Positions 26,731-36,308 of a stretch of 54,849 nt of DNA are shown here, one piece after another. How positions within the stretch are numbered: position 1 is the stretch's first letter; each line of letters starts with the position of its first letter. Made by a program: the position numbers and the translations under genes. Source of the DNA: Anaerolineales bacterium (GTDB lineage Bacteria; Chloroflexota; Anaerolineae; Anaerolineales; UBA11858); NCBI GenBank assembly GCA_016783125.1, contig JADHXE010000003.1, forward strand, positions 1-54,849, read 5' to 3'. The notes beneath the pieces are model-generated. The model made no database searches and was not told where the DNA came from. It saw only the letters and a list, made by a program, of their open reading frames with translations.

Positions 26731-27375
26731 CTACGCCTGGTAATCCAACACCACAACTTGAGTTTCTGTGGGGACTGATGATGGTGTAACCGTTAGTTCT
26801 TCCACCGGGTTGATCGTTCCCAGGCCCATCTCTTTGAGGAATTTACTGAGCGGGTCGAGTTCGATTTTGCATTCGGGCGTACTGTAGTGCATGGGGATCA
26901 CAATTCCCGGCTCCAACAAGCTGATCACCTCGGCGGCTTTGGCGGCGTTCAGGCCTTCACCACCTCCCACGGGAACCAGGGCGACATTCACTGTGCCCAA
27001 TGCCTCAACCTGGGACTGGCTGGGAACCCGGTTCAAATTTCCAAGATGGGCAACGGCCACACCTTCATAATCAAATACATATAGTGTGTTGGGCAGTTCA
27101 CCCTTTGGACGTTTGTTGCCGCCGTTTGTGCGCACTGCTGTGATAAAGACATTGCCGATCTCATACTCGCCTGGCCCGCGCACTACACGCTGATTGGATT
27201 TCACTGCCGCCTCATTGTTATAGGCGGGCGCGTCCTGGCTGATCGAGACGATATGGCCGCGCAGGTTCAAAGGCCCGTAACCGACAACTTTTTCGTCATA
27301 GGGATCAGTGACGACTGTCGCCAGGCCACGAGCAGCGAGTCTAAAACAAGAATGTCCATGCCAAGTTATTTTCAT
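26731..27375 (-). CDS. MBL-fold hydrolase-like protein with degenerate metal ligands
   Basis: MKITWHGHSCF, TDPY, GPGEYE, LVPVGG, IVIPMHY; HxHxDH site reads SQDAPAY. Confidence 0.85.
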   Translation of the reverse strand: MKITWHGHSCFRLAARGLATVVTDPYDEKVVGYGPLNLRGHIVSISQDAPAYNNEAAVKSNQRVVRGPGEYEIGNVFITAVRTNGGNKRPKGELPNTLYVFDYEGVAVAHLGNLNRVPSQSQVEALGTVNVALVPVGGGEGLNAAKAAEVISLLEPGIVIPMHYSTPECKIELDPLSKFLKEMGLGTINPVEELTVTPSSVPTETQVVVLDYQA

Positions 27376-27408
27376 TACTTATCTGCGTCCTTATGTTTTC
27401 TCTGGTTC

Positions 27409-27470
27409 GTAGTCAGGCACGAGAGTGCCGTTGTGGATGTGGCAAAACGGCACTCTCGTGCCTGACTACG
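27409..27470. repeat. GTAG-type REP doublet (REPIN-like)
   Basis: gtagtcaggcacgagagtgccgtt ... aacggcactctcgtgcctgactac perfect inverted repeat. Confidence 0.85.
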
Positions 27471-27542
27471 AACCCAATTTGTTCTGCCCGATTATACTGT
27501 ATTGGTAAAAAAACCGCCAAAATTTATGATATTATCTCGCCC

Positions 27543-29066
27543 ATGAAAAATCTACACTTCACCATCGTACTTATCATCATTCTATCTGCGTTGACAGCTT
27601 GTAGTTCACCGCAAGTAGAACCATCCCACACGCCTGCGATCCCGACACAAATGCCGGTTCCCAGCGCCACGCCCGAGGCCGAGGTCGAGGCTTCAGCCTC
27701 GATCACACCCACGGCAACGGCAACTGAAACCCCAACGGTTAGCCCCACCCCAACCACGTCTCCCACCCCAGAAATCCAGTATATGATCTCCGCAGAGTTA
27801 GATTATGTCAATCTATTGCTCTCAGTAAGGCAATTTATCAGTATCCCAAACAATTCCTCGACACCTCTCAACGAGATCATGCTTGTAGTCCCCACGAATT
27901 TATACCAGGGTGTATTCAATTTGACCTACATCGCCTGGGATGATGGGCAAGAGATTGCAGATCACAACCTGAGAGGCTCTCAACTATATATCCCAATGCA
28001 AGAGCCGCTCAACCCCGGAATGACAAAAAATATCATCCTGTATTATGAGCTTAGGCTGCCTCCCAATAACTCTTCAGCCGAGGCTGGACCAACCCCCTTT
28101 GGATATACCACCCGTCAAATTAACTTAGTAGATTGGTATCCCTTCGTGCCGCCTTATCGTAAGGATCAGGGTTGGATGATGCGGGATCCGTGGGCGTATG
28201 GTGAATTTCTAGTTTATCCCGTTGCTAACTTCGATGTCACCATTACGCTCAAGAATCTACCCCAAGCAGTGACCATCGCTGCCAGCGCCCCCGATACTGG
28301 AGATGGGGAAACTCATAAATACTACCTGAAACAGGGACGTAATTTTGTCTGGTCGGTTAGCCCATCCTATACGGTATTCGAAGAACAGTTAAATGGTACG
28401 ACGATTATGGGATATGTATTCTTGCCAGATGCCGTTGCTGGAGAACAGGCATTTTACGCCACCGTGAATGCTTTCCAGCTCTATTCAGAACTTTACGGCC
28501 CTTACCCGCATCCCATGCTGACCATGGTAGAAGCCGATTTTGACCACGGCATGGAGTACCAAGGATTGTATTTTCTCAATCGTGGATTCTTCGCATCTTA
28601 TGATGGCACCGCCGGGAGTTTCCTGATTGCCATTGCTGCCCATGAAACCTCCCATCAATGGTGGTATGGATTGGTCGCTAACGATCAGGCCCTGGAACCC
28701 TGGCTGGATGAAGCCCTGGCCACATACAGCGAGTACTTGTTTTACGAATACTATTACCCTAAGAGATTAGACGATTTTTGGTGGGATCGTCGTGTGAATC
28801 CATACCATCCTGCCGGGTGGGTGAACAGCACCATTTACAATGCCTCAGGATACCGTGAGTACAGAGACGCGGTCTATCTGCAAGGCGCTATATTCATAAA
28901 CGATCTTCGGAATCTGATTGGTGATGAAGCCTTCTTCGCCTTCTTGAAGGATTATGCTTCCACCTACGCTAACCAAATAGCAACAGGAAATGATTTCTTC
29001 AGGATATTGGCCGGGCACACGGACGCGGATTTTACCCCCTTACTAACTACCTATTTCCAGAGGTAA
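27543..29066 (+). CDS. M1-family (gluzincin) metallopeptidase lipoprotein
   Basis: Lipobox LTAC, Pro/Thr linker, GMEY, HETSHQWW, WLDEALA, Y..GA. Confidence 0.9.
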   Translation: MKNLHFTIVLIIILSALTACSSPQVEPSHTPAIPTQMPVPSATPEAEVEASASITPTATATETPTVSPTPTTSPTPEIQYMISAELDYVNLLLSVRQFISIPNNSSTPLNEIMLVVPTNLYQGVFNLTYIAWDDGQEIADHNLRGSQLYIPMQEPLNPGMTKNIILYYELRLPPNNSSAEAGPTPFGYTTRQINLVDWYPFVPPYRKDQGWMMRDPWAYGEFLVYPVANFDVTITLKNLPQAVTIAASAPDTGDGETHKYYLKQGRNFVWSVSPSYTVFEEQLNGTTIMGYVFLPDAVAGEQAFYATVNAFQLYSELYGPYPHPMLTMVEADFDHGMEYQGLYFLNRGFFASYDGTAGSFLIAIAAHETSHQWWYGLVANDQALEPWLDEALATYSEYLFYEYYYPKRLDDFWWDRRVNPYHPAGWVNSTIYNASGYREYRDAVYLQGAIFINDLRNLIGDEAFFAFLKDYASTYANQIATGNDFFRILAGHTDADFTPLLTTYFQR

Positions 29067-29072
29067 AAGGTA

Positions 29073-29470
29073 ATGATAAGGAAACCAGGAACACAGGAAA
29101 CTATTGTATTCGTCAAGAATACCTTGAACAGATGTCATTGCGAATGGAGCCTGCGGAATGAAGCAATCTCCCCGCCGAATTGGGGATTGCTTCGTCGCAG
29201 AAAGCGCTCCTGCTTAGAAACAAAATGCCCTGTCATTGCGAGAGTTGCTCCACCGCCCGAAGCAATCTCCTGTTCAAAGGGGGAGACTGCTTCGTAATGC
29301 CAACGGCACGCAAAGCGAACGCTCGCAGTGACACAGAATTCGAGTTTCTTTCTGTTTGAGCAGCGCCGATAGCGCTGTGGATTTACTCGCAATGACAGTA
29401 TTGTTCAGGCTTCTGTTGATGAACATAAACACAGAAAAATATTCATGGATTCCTGGTTTCCTCATCGTAA
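29073..29470. repeat. Nested palindromic repeat complex
   Basis: Outer arms aggaaaccagga/tcctggtttcct; middle attcgtcaa..ttgaaca / tgttcag..ttgatgaa; inner GTCATTGCGA...GAAGCAATCTCC...GATTGCTTCG...TCGCAATGAC units. Confidence 0.8.
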
Positions 29471-29506
29471 TTTCACTATCCAGTGTCCTGCTGGCAATCA
29501 CAGTAA

Positions 29507-30412
29507 ATGGAGAATAGATTTCTAAAAACCTGGGTAGAAGGCTGCGCCCGCAACCTTGCCTTTCAGATTATTGTTATGGGCGCTGCTTTTGGACTCTTCC
29601 TGATCCCGGCGCTGATTGCGGCGCTGTGGGGCGGCGACCGGGATACCAATTTCGCCATTTTCATGGGCATCCTGATCTTCATAATCGTGGCCGGAGTTGT
29701 TGGGATAGTCACCTTGGGGGTCAGCAGCATCCGCAAGCGAGCGGCGCAGCTTGATGCCGTCTTTGAACCCTGGAGATTAACGGGGGACCCCTACCTGCAA
29801 AACGGACGCCAGTATCACGGCGATATCAACGGGCGGCAGGTGGATATTTATTTTCACCGCGGGCCGACGCTAGAAATCCATATCGCTGCGCCGCTGCACA
29901 CGCGCGCTGCGGTCGTATTCAAGAGTGAAATTGGCCGCATCTCGGCCAGCCTGGGAGATTACGAAACCGTAGCGCTCAATGATCCAGTATTCCACAACCT
30001 GAGCATCTACGCGTTGGATGCCAACTGGATGAACAAAATCCTGGCAGACGGCCCGGCGCGGGTGGCCATCCGTCAGTTGATGCGCGTCACAGGGGCTTAT
30101 GAACTGCGCCAGATACTGATCCAGCCCGATGCGCTGAAGTTGACCATCCGCCGCGTGGGCATGGAGCAGATCAACCGACAAAATGTGGGAACCTGGCTCG
30201 ATGATCTGTTCACCCTGCTCATGGCGATTGTGGAAGCGCCAGACCCACAAGCAATCACCGTCGCTATGCCGATAGAACGCGCTGTACAAAGCGACCGCGG
30301 ATCGCTGGCGATTCTGGTCGCCGCGGCGGGGTGCAGCATCATCGCCACATTGTCTTTTTATATTCTCGTCATCACGGCCGTGATACGACTCTTTTCCAGC
30401 CTGCTGAACTGA
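29507..30412 (+). CDS. Hypothetical membrane protein (2 N-terminal TM, soluble domain, C-terminal TM)
   Basis: 301-aa ORF with host-like codon bias and clear hydrophobic segments. Confidence 0.7.
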   Translation: MENRFLKTWVEGCARNLAFQIIVMGAAFGLFLIPALIAALWGGDRDTNFAIFMGILIFIIVAGVVGIVTLGVSSIRKRAAQLDAVFEPWRLTGDPYLQNGRQYHGDINGRQVDIYFHRGPTLEIHIAAPLHTRAAVVFKSEIGRISASLGDYETVALNDPVFHNLSIYALDANWMNKILADGPARVAIRQLMRVTGAYELRQILIQPDALKLTIRRVGMEQINRQNVGTWLDDLFTLLMAIVEAPDPQAITVAMPIERAVQSDRGSLAILVAAAGCSIIATLSFYILVITAVIRLFSSLLN

Positions 30413-30440
30413 TCCGCAGTGGTCAGTAAACAGAAAAACT

Positions 30441-30494
30441 CCGAAATTAGGGGAACGGGCGGGGCATTCGCCCCGCCCGTTCCCCTAATTTCGG
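30441..30494. repeat. Long perfect palindrome (MITE core family)
   Basis: ccgaaattaggggaacgggcggggc-attc-gccccgcccgttcccctaatttcgg. Confidence 0.8.
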
Positions 30495-30560
30495 AAAATC
30501 TCTTCCAAGTTGAGATTGTAAAAGTAATCAGTCATCAGTGCGGCGTGCTATAATTTGGGT

Positions 30561-30791
30561 ATGGACGCATCAGATGCCAGGGCTTATATCGAGCGGTGGC
30601 GTGAAGTTGAACTGATTGAACGAATGGAAGCGCAGGCTGCCAGTTTCCAAGATCGTTGGCGGCAGTTGAATGCAATCTTTGGGTTGGCGCACGCGCTGGG
30701 GCTATTCTTAAAGCCGGTAGCCAACCAGGAAGAAGTCGTGTGGCAGCGCTGGGCAAGTTTGAGCCAGATTGAGCGTGATGACCAAGGATAA
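30561..30791 (+). CDS. Small helical protein, putative partner or antitoxin of the downstream nucleotidyltransferase
   Basis: 76 aa; TGcTATAAT 6 nt upstream of the ATG; overlaps the next gene. Confidence 0.65.
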   Translation: MDASDARAYIERWREVELIERMEAQAASFQDRWRQLNAIFGLAHALGLFLKPVANQEEVVWQRWASLSQIERDDQG

Positions 30792-31350
30792 TCCGTCTCT
30801 AAAGCCGTTGTTGGCTCCGCTGGCGGCTCTTCAGCGTCTGCTGAATCGCTATGAGGGTAAGGGGATCATCATTGGAGGAATTGCCGCGAGTCTGCTTGGA
30901 ACACCCCGCCTCACCGCTGATGTAGATGCCCTGGTTCTCCTATCTATTGAGGAACTTCCTGAGTTATTGGATGCAGCGAGGGCAGAAGGGCTAATTGAGC
31001 GGATATCAGACCCACAAACATTTGCCCGCCAACGCCGGGTTGTTCTGCTGCGTCATGATGAAAGCGGCATCGGCATTGACATCTCTTTAGGCACGCTGCC
31101 ATTCGAACAAGAAATGATCGCCCGTAGCATTGTGGTTCAACTCGAAGGCCTGAAAATCCGCCTGCCAACCCCCGAAGATTTGATCATCTTGAAAGCCGTC
31201 GCTCACCGCCCCAAGGATTTACTGGATATTCAGGGGGTTATCCAAAGCCACCCCGACCTCAACCGGGAACGCATACAGGATTGGGTCACCCAATTTGCGC
31301 AGCTTTTGGAGATGCCCGAACTGTGGGAAGATATTGCCGGCTGGCTGTAA
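30778..31350 (+). CDS. Nucleotidyltransferase (DUF6036/AbiEii-like TA component)
   Basis: IIGGIAA..G.PRLTADVD, PTPEDLIILK.VA.RPKD..DI. Confidence 0.8.
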   Translation: MTKDNPSLKPLLAPLAALQRLLNRYEGKGIIIGGIAASLLGTPRLTADVDALVLLSIEELPELLDAARAEGLIERISDPQTFARQRRVVLLRHDESGIGIDISLGTLPFEQEMIARSIVVQLEGLKIRLPTPEDLIILKAVAHRPKDLLDIQGVIQSHPDLNRERIQDWVTQFAQLLEMPELWEDIAGWL

Positions 31351-31373
31351 GACGGGGGGACAAATCACTAAAA

Positions 31374-31421
31374 GTAAAAAAAGAGTGTGGCAGCAAAAAA
31401 GCTGCCACACTCTTTTTTTTA
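31374..31421 (+). terminator. Intrinsic terminator-like hairpin
   Basis: aaaaaaagagtgtggcagc-aaaaaa-gctgccacactctttttttt. Confidence 0.75.
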
Positions 31422-31431
31422 CTAACTCACC

Positions 31432-31503
31432 TTACGCAGAACGTCCCGCAGGTTGCCGTGATTACAGCCTGGTTTTAGAAAAAATCTGCGGGACGGTGCG
31501 TAA
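31432..31503. repeat. Small inverted-repeat element
   Basis: ttacgca..cgtcccgcag ... ctgcgggacg..tgcgtaa. Confidence 0.55.
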
Positions 31504-31575
31504 CATCAGTGCTCCAATTCAGAAACGCATCGCTTTCTTAGGCCCTATTTCCATTCCTTACAACATCGAAACAGT

Positions 31576-31610
31576 TTCTAAACAACTTCTGAACAACTCT
31601 TCGGTAAACT
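31576..31610 (+). promoter_or_regulatory. OmpR-type direct-repeat operator plus -10 box (copy 1)
   Basis: TTCTAAACAAC-TTCTGAACAAC; TAAACT starts 29 nt after the motif start. Confidence 0.75.
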
Positions 31611-31615
31611 GGTAA

Positions 31616-31698
31616 CTAGGTATCAGGTAATTAGGTGATTAGGTATTCGGAAATTTGGATAGCCCCATAACCTAATTACCTGATACCCAATACCTAGC
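31616..31698. repeat. Heptamer/octamer-repeat hairpin in the 5' leader
   Basis: taggtatcaggtaattaggtgattaggtatt ... acctaattacctgatacccaataccta, directly before RBS acaaggag. Confidence 0.8.
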
Positions 31699-31713
31699 CA
31701 CAAGGAGCACACC

Positions 31714-34011
31714 ATGACCACAGGAACTCAAACCATACCCACGAACCCACCCCGAACGCAAACGCTCAACATCAGCCGAGAAAAAATCATCGGTATGGTT
31801 GGCCTACTCGCTATCATCGCGTTAGGCGCTTTTTTGCGTTTCTATCAACTGGGCACATACACCATTGGCAACACCTACTACGCCGCCACGGTCAAATCGA
31901 TGCTGACATCGTGGCATAATTTCTTCTACGCTTCCTTTGAGCCGGGCGGCTCGGTGACCGTGGATAAACCCCCACTGGGCTTCTGGGTACAGACGATTTC
32001 GGCCTATATTTTTGGAGTTAACGGCTTCGCATTAGCCCTGCCGCAAGCCCTGGCCGGGACGCTCTCCATCCCCGTGCTCTATCATTTAGTGCGCAAATAC
32101 TTCGGCATCTGGGCCGGGTTGACCGCCGCATTGGTCTTGGCCCTGATGCCCGTGACCATCGCTACCGAGCGCAACAACACCATCGACGGCCTGCTGGTCT
32201 TTGTACTGCTGCTGGCGGCCTGGGCATTCATCAAAGCCACCGAGACGGGCAAAACCCGCCACCTGCTGATGGGCGTCATCCTGGTCGGGCTGGGCTTCAA
32301 TATCAAAATGCTGCAAGCCTTCATGCCCCTGCCGGCTTTCTACGCCATCTACTTCTTCGGCGCCCGCACCCCCTGGTGGAAGCGCATCCTGCAACTTGGG
32401 GCAGCGACCATTGTTTTGCTGGTGGTCTCTTTCGCCTGGGTCGTGGCCGTCGATCTGACCGCCGCCGACCAGCGCCCCTACATTGGCAGCAGTGATAACA
32501 ATACCGTGATGGAGTTGATCATCGGTCACAATGGGCTGAGTCGTTTGGGACTCGCCGGAGGCGGGCGCGGTCCTGGGGGGAATGATGGTCCCCAGGCTGG
32601 AGCCGACGGCCCTTCGATCTCCCCTTCGGGGACAGGACAGGCAAACCAATCTCCGGGTGGGTTCGTGCCCCCTGGGCAAAATCCTGCTCCCGGAGCGAAT
32701 CCAGCCAACGACCGCCAGCCGCCCCAAGAAGCTATCGAAGCCTGCAGCAGTCTGACTGAAAGCGAGGCTTGCACTGTCAACCTGCCCAACCGAGATATCG
32801 CAGGAACTTGTCTCACCTTCTCGCAAGGGGAACTTGTCTGCGTGCCGGAAGACAGGGTGCCGCCAGCCAATGCAGCTACGCCTGGACAAACTCCCAATGG
32901 CCCTGACGGTCAAGTACCCGATGGCGGTCCAGGCGGCCCTGGAGGCGGTGGCCCCTCTGGCGAGACGGGTACCGCTGGCGTGCTGCGCCTGTTCGAAGAG
33001 CCGCTGGTCACTGAGGCCAGCTGGCTGCTGCCGCTGGTTTTGCTGGGCTTCCCGGTGACGCTGGTTGCAGCTGTTCGTAGTGACGTTCGTAGTGACGGCT
33101 TCAGCCGTCCGAGTGCGACTAAAGTCGCTACTACGAACCAAATTTGGAAAGATAATAAAATCCGAAGTCTGCTGCTGTGGGCGGGTTGGCTGCTGCCTTC
33201 CATTGCGTATTTCAGCTTCACTACCGGCCTGTTCCATCGCTACTACCTGATCATGATAGGGCCCCCACTGGCGGCCCTAGTTGGCATCACACTCTGGGCG
33301 ATAGCCAAACACTGGAAACAGAACCACTGGGTCGGTTGGACAGTAGCAGCCTTCATCAGCGGGTTGACGATTATCTTCGAGATTTACATCTTCCGCAATT
33401 ACCCCAATTATGCTGGCTGGGTAACGGTGATCTCCCTGCTGCTCTGGTTGGCCGGAATTGGCATCCTGGCCCTGAGCAAACTGCTGCCTGTTCACAGAGT
33501 AGGCCTAGCCCTGGTGCTGACCGCCATGCTGGTGGCCCCCTTCACCTGGTCGGCTTTGACCACCCTCAACACCAACCCCAACGTGGCTTTGCCAACCGCG
33601 GGCATCGAGGCCTCCGATCAAACCCGGGCTACCTTCATGACCCCCAACCAGACCACGCTCAGCACCAACGGACAGGTCATCCTGGATTACCTGCTGGTCA
33701 ACACCGACCCTGACGATTATTTACTGGCCACGCTCAACGCCCGCGGCGCGGCTCCTTACATCCTTGAAACCGGGCGCAAAGTATTGACCTTCGGCGGCTT
33801 CGGTGGCAGAGATGATGTGGTGGGCCTGGACGACCTGACTGAAATGATCGAGAACGGCGAATTGCGTTACATCCTTGGCATCCCGCAGGGTAAGCAAGAG
33901 ATCGCCCAATGGGTGGTGAGTAGCTGCACTGTTGTAGACATCCAGACTTCCGAAGTCTCCAGTCCGCGCGGCGGCCAAAACGAAGAGGTGCTCTATGACT
34001 GCGGAGCCTAA
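31714..34011 (+). CDS. ArnT/PMT-family (GT-C, YkcB-like) glycosyltransferase with Gly/Pro-rich and 4-Cys inserts
   Basis: N.YYAA.V.SM..SWHNFF, VTVDKPP, R.N..D, GFNIKMLQA, RPYIGSS..N...ELI.G.NG..R, FH.YY, GGF.G.D. Confidence 0.9.
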   Translation: MTTGTQTIPTNPPRTQTLNISREKIIGMVGLLAIIALGAFLRFYQLGTYTIGNTYYAATVKSMLTSWHNFFYASFEPGGSVTVDKPPLGFWVQTISAYIFGVNGFALALPQALAGTLSIPVLYHLVRKYFGIWAGLTAALVLALMPVTIATERNNTIDGLLVFVLLLAAWAFIKATETGKTRHLLMGVILVGLGFNIKMLQAFMPLPAFYAIYFFGARTPWWKRILQLGAATIVLLVVSFAWVVAVDLTAADQRPYIGSSDNNTVMELIIGHNGLSRLGLAGGGRGPGGNDGPQAGADGPSISPSGTGQANQSPGGFVPPGQNPAPGANPANDRQPPQEAIEACSSLTESEACTVNLPNRDIAGTCLTFSQGELVCVPEDRVPPANAATPGQTPNGPDGQVPDGGPGGPGGGGPSGETGTAGVLRLFEEPLVTEASWLLPLVLLGFPVTLVAAVRSDVRSDGFSRPSATKVATTNQIWKDNKIRSLLLWAGWLLPSIAYFSFTTGLFHRYYLIMIGPPLAALVGITLWAIAKHWKQNHWVGWTVAAFISGLTIIFEIYIFRNYPNYAGWVTVISLLLWLAGIGILALSKLLPVHRVGLALVLTAMLVAPFTWSALTTLNTNPNVALPTAGIEASDQTRATFMTPNQTTLSTNGQVILDYLLVNTDPDDYLLATLNARGAAPYILETGRKVLTFGGFGGRDDVVGLDDLTEMIENGELRYILGIPQGKQEIAQWVVSSCTVVDIQTSEVSSPRGGQNEEVLYDCGA
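33073..33138. repeat. GTAG-type REP doublet inserted in frame in the glycosyltransferase
   Basis: gttcgtagtgac x2, ggcttcagcc, gcgactaaagtcgc, tactacgaac; 66 bp = VRSDVRSDGFSRPSATKVATTN. Confidence 0.8.
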
Positions 34012-34099
34012 TCCTGAAGATTGATGATTGGGGTCAAAGCACATTTGATGCAGACAAGAATGCCATGCTGAATATTCCAAGCATGATATACTTTTAGTT

Positions 34100-34381
34100 G
34101 TGAAAATTCGCCAAATCATCTGGCCGAAAGACCGGACAGATCACATAGCCCATCACAATGTGACCCCCGAAGAATTCGAAGAAATATGTTTCGGAGATGC
34201 ACTGGTATTACGCTCAAAATCCGAAGGGAAAAATCCGGTTTATTACGTATACGGGCAAACAACTGCTAACCGCTACCTGCTCTGTATTGTCATTCACTTT
34301 CCAGATAGTAATGGATATCCAATTACGGCCAGAGAAATGAATACTAGCGAAAAACGCCGTTTCAGAAAGCGAAAAAGATGA
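34100..34381 (+). CDS. BrnT-like toxin
   Basis: W......HIA.H.VT.EE.EE, YYVYGQT...RYL..V, Y.ITAR.M...E.R. Confidence 0.8.
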   Translation: MKIRQIIWPKDRTDHIAHHNVTPEEFEEICFGDALVLRSKSEGKNPVYYVYGQTTANRYLLCIVIHFPDSNGYPITAREMNTSEKRRFRKRKR

Positions 34382-34626
34382 TGAGTAAAATTCCCCAATT
34401 TAAATCTGTTCAGGAAATGGAAGTTTTCTGGCAGAAAAACAGCCCGCTCGATTTTAAAGATGAATTAGAAAAAATGAGTGATCCAATCTTCGTCCGTAAA
34501 TCTGCCATAGAAGTTCCATTACAACCCCAGGAAATGGAAGTAGTAAAAAAGATTGCTGAAGGGCAAGGTCTTGATGACGGAGAACTTATCCGACAATGGG
34601 TTCTTGAAAAACTGCAATTTGTATAA
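34378..34626 (+). CDS. BrnA/CopG-like antitoxin
   Basis: IPQFKS..E...FW and a C-terminal RHH-like LIRQWVLEKL; ATGA coupling to the toxin. Confidence 0.75.
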   Translation: MMSKIPQFKSVQEMEVFWQKNSPLDFKDELEKMSDPIFVRKSAIEVPLQPQEMEVVKKIAEGQGLDDGELIRQWVLEKLQFV

Positions 34627-34807
34627 TATTTTCTCTATCGGCACGTTGTATTAGAGTATTACTCAGCGCAGGCTTATTCTGGCATGCTTGTGAGGCACAC
34701 ACAGCTAATCGCCAAGAAAAAACTAAAACAAAGCGGACAGTCCATCGAATAAACTTGATGGACTGTCTTTTTTGAGCACATATTACCACCTGGGGAAATT
34801 ACTCAAA

Positions 34808-34853
34808 ATCTAAATAGCTTCTAAACAATATCTAAATATGTTTTGTGTATGCT
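34808..34853 (+). promoter_or_regulatory. Direct-repeat operator plus -10 box (copy 2)
   Basis: atctaaatagc-TTCTAAACAAT-ATCTAAATATG; TATGCT starts 29 nt after 34819. Confidence 0.7.
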
Positions 34854-34900
34854 ATTGAAGAAGATTTTCATTCAATCAGTAAAAACGATTTTAGTTAAAA

Positions 34901-35359
34901 ATGAATACAACAATATTCAAACATACACTTTCCACTCACAGATTCCATCTCCCAGTTTGGCTCGTCCAGATCTGGAAATTCATGACCGTCGGCGTTCTCA
35001 ATACCCTCATCGACGCCGCGGTCTACTTCGCCCTGACGCGCTGGCTGGGGTTGGGATCGCTACCGGTGCTGGCCAAAGGCATTGCCTACGCCGTCGGCAT
35101 GACTAACAGTTTCTACTGGAACCGCACCTGGACTTTCAAATCCCAGAGCAATTCCTTCGACACGGCTCAGGACAGGCTCTGGCGGGCAGCCTTCCTGTTC
35201 ACGCTGACCCACATCGCCGCCCTGGGCATCAACGCTGGTGTCATGTACCTGGGCCTGGAGACGTTTAATCTTAGTGAAGTCATCTCCCTCGCCCTGGCAA
35301 CCGGCGCGTCGTTCGGCTGGAATTTTATCTTGAATAAATTGGTAGTTTTCAAAATGTAA
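34901..35359 (+). CDS. GtrA-family lipid-sugar flippase
   Basis: KF..VG.LNTLID, NSFYWNR.WTF, WNF.LNK..VF. Confidence 0.9.
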   Translation: MNTTIFKHTLSTHRFHLPVWLVQIWKFMTVGVLNTLIDAAVYFALTRWLGLGSLPVLAKGIAYAVGMTNSFYWNRTWTFKSQSNSFDTAQDRLWRAAFLFTLTHIAALGINAGVMYLGLETFNLSEVISLALATGASFGWNFILNKLVVFKM

Positions 35360-35362
35360 TGA

Positions 35363-35440
35363 TTCACCGCAAAGAACGCCAAGCACGCAAAGAAAAACAC
35401 AACAGTTTATCTTAGCGATCTTCGCGCCTTGGCGGTGAAA
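35363..35440. repeat. Nonamer (CGCAAAG/CGCCAAG-type) palindromic repeat
   Basis: ttcaccgcaaagaacgccaagcacgcaaag ... cttagcgatcttcgcgccttggcggtgaa. Confidence 0.8.
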
Positions 35441-35457
35441 GAGAAAAGGACAAAACT

Positions 35458-36189
35458 ATGCAATCATTATCCATTGTTCTCCCCGCATATAACGAAGAAG
35501 CCAACGTGCGCACCACCGTCGCGGAGGTGGCTGGCATAGCCCAAAAACTTGGCCTCGACCACGAGATCATCCTGGTCAACGACGGCAGCCGCGACCGCAC
35601 CGGCGAGATCGGACGCGAGCTGGCTGCTTATATCCCAGAGTTCCGTCTGGTGGAGCACTATCCCAACCGTGGCTATGGCGGGGCGCTAAAGGCTGGTTTC
35701 GCCGCTGCCCGCAAGGATTTGATCACCTTCTTCCCCGGTGATAATCAATTCCGCTTCGAGGAGATCACCCGCCTGCTGGAGCGCCTTGACGACGCAGACG
35801 CTGACATCGTCTGCGGCTACCGCGCCAACCGTCAGGACCCCTTCATGCGCAAGGTCAACGCCTTTGGCTGGAATATGCTCATACGGATTCTGTTTGGCTA
35901 TCTGTGCCAAGACATCGACTGCGGCTTCAAGCTTTTCCGCCGGGATGTGCTCTCGCACGTGTCTATTAAATCCGATGGAGCACTGATTGATACAGAATTC
36001 CTCTCCAGTGCGCGCCGTCTGGGCTGTCGCATCGAAGAAGTACCTGTAACTCATCGTCCCCGTATCGGCGGCGAGGCCACGGGAGCGGATATCCATGTGA
36101 TCATCAAAGCCTTCCGCGATTTATGGGAGCTATTGCAGGAGCAAATCAACGCAACTGGCTACCTGAAGTGGCGTTTTGGACTCAGATGA
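35458..36189 (+). CDS. GT2 polyprenol-phosphate glycosyltransferase (DPM1-like)
   Basis: LSIVLPAYNEE, VNDGSRDRT, NRGYGGA, DIDCGFKLFRR; DxD site reads PGDNQ. Confidence 0.9.
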   Translation: MQSLSIVLPAYNEEANVRTTVAEVAGIAQKLGLDHEIILVNDGSRDRTGEIGRELAAYIPEFRLVEHYPNRGYGGALKAGFAAARKDLITFFPGDNQFRFEEITRLLERLDDADADIVCGYRANRQDPFMRKVNAFGWNMLIRILFGYLCQDIDCGFKLFRRDVLSHVSIKSDGALIDTEFLSSARRLGCRIEEVPVTHRPRIGGEATGADIHVIIKAFRDLWELLQEQINATGYLKWRFGLR

Positions 36190-36308
36190 TTAAGCAACTC
36201 ATTGGACAATAAATATCTCCACTTATTCAGAGTTTTCCAGGAAAGAGCGCAGTGTATTTGTGCCTTTCCTGGAAAAATTGAGAAAAACATAAATCAAACC
36301 CAAAACAC

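Noticed and set aside
32086-33237. Long antisense ORFs (for example 32086-33237, 40056-41042, 20268-21038, 4932-5579)
   Set aside because: They are shadow frames of well-supported GC-rich genes and have no motifs or RBS
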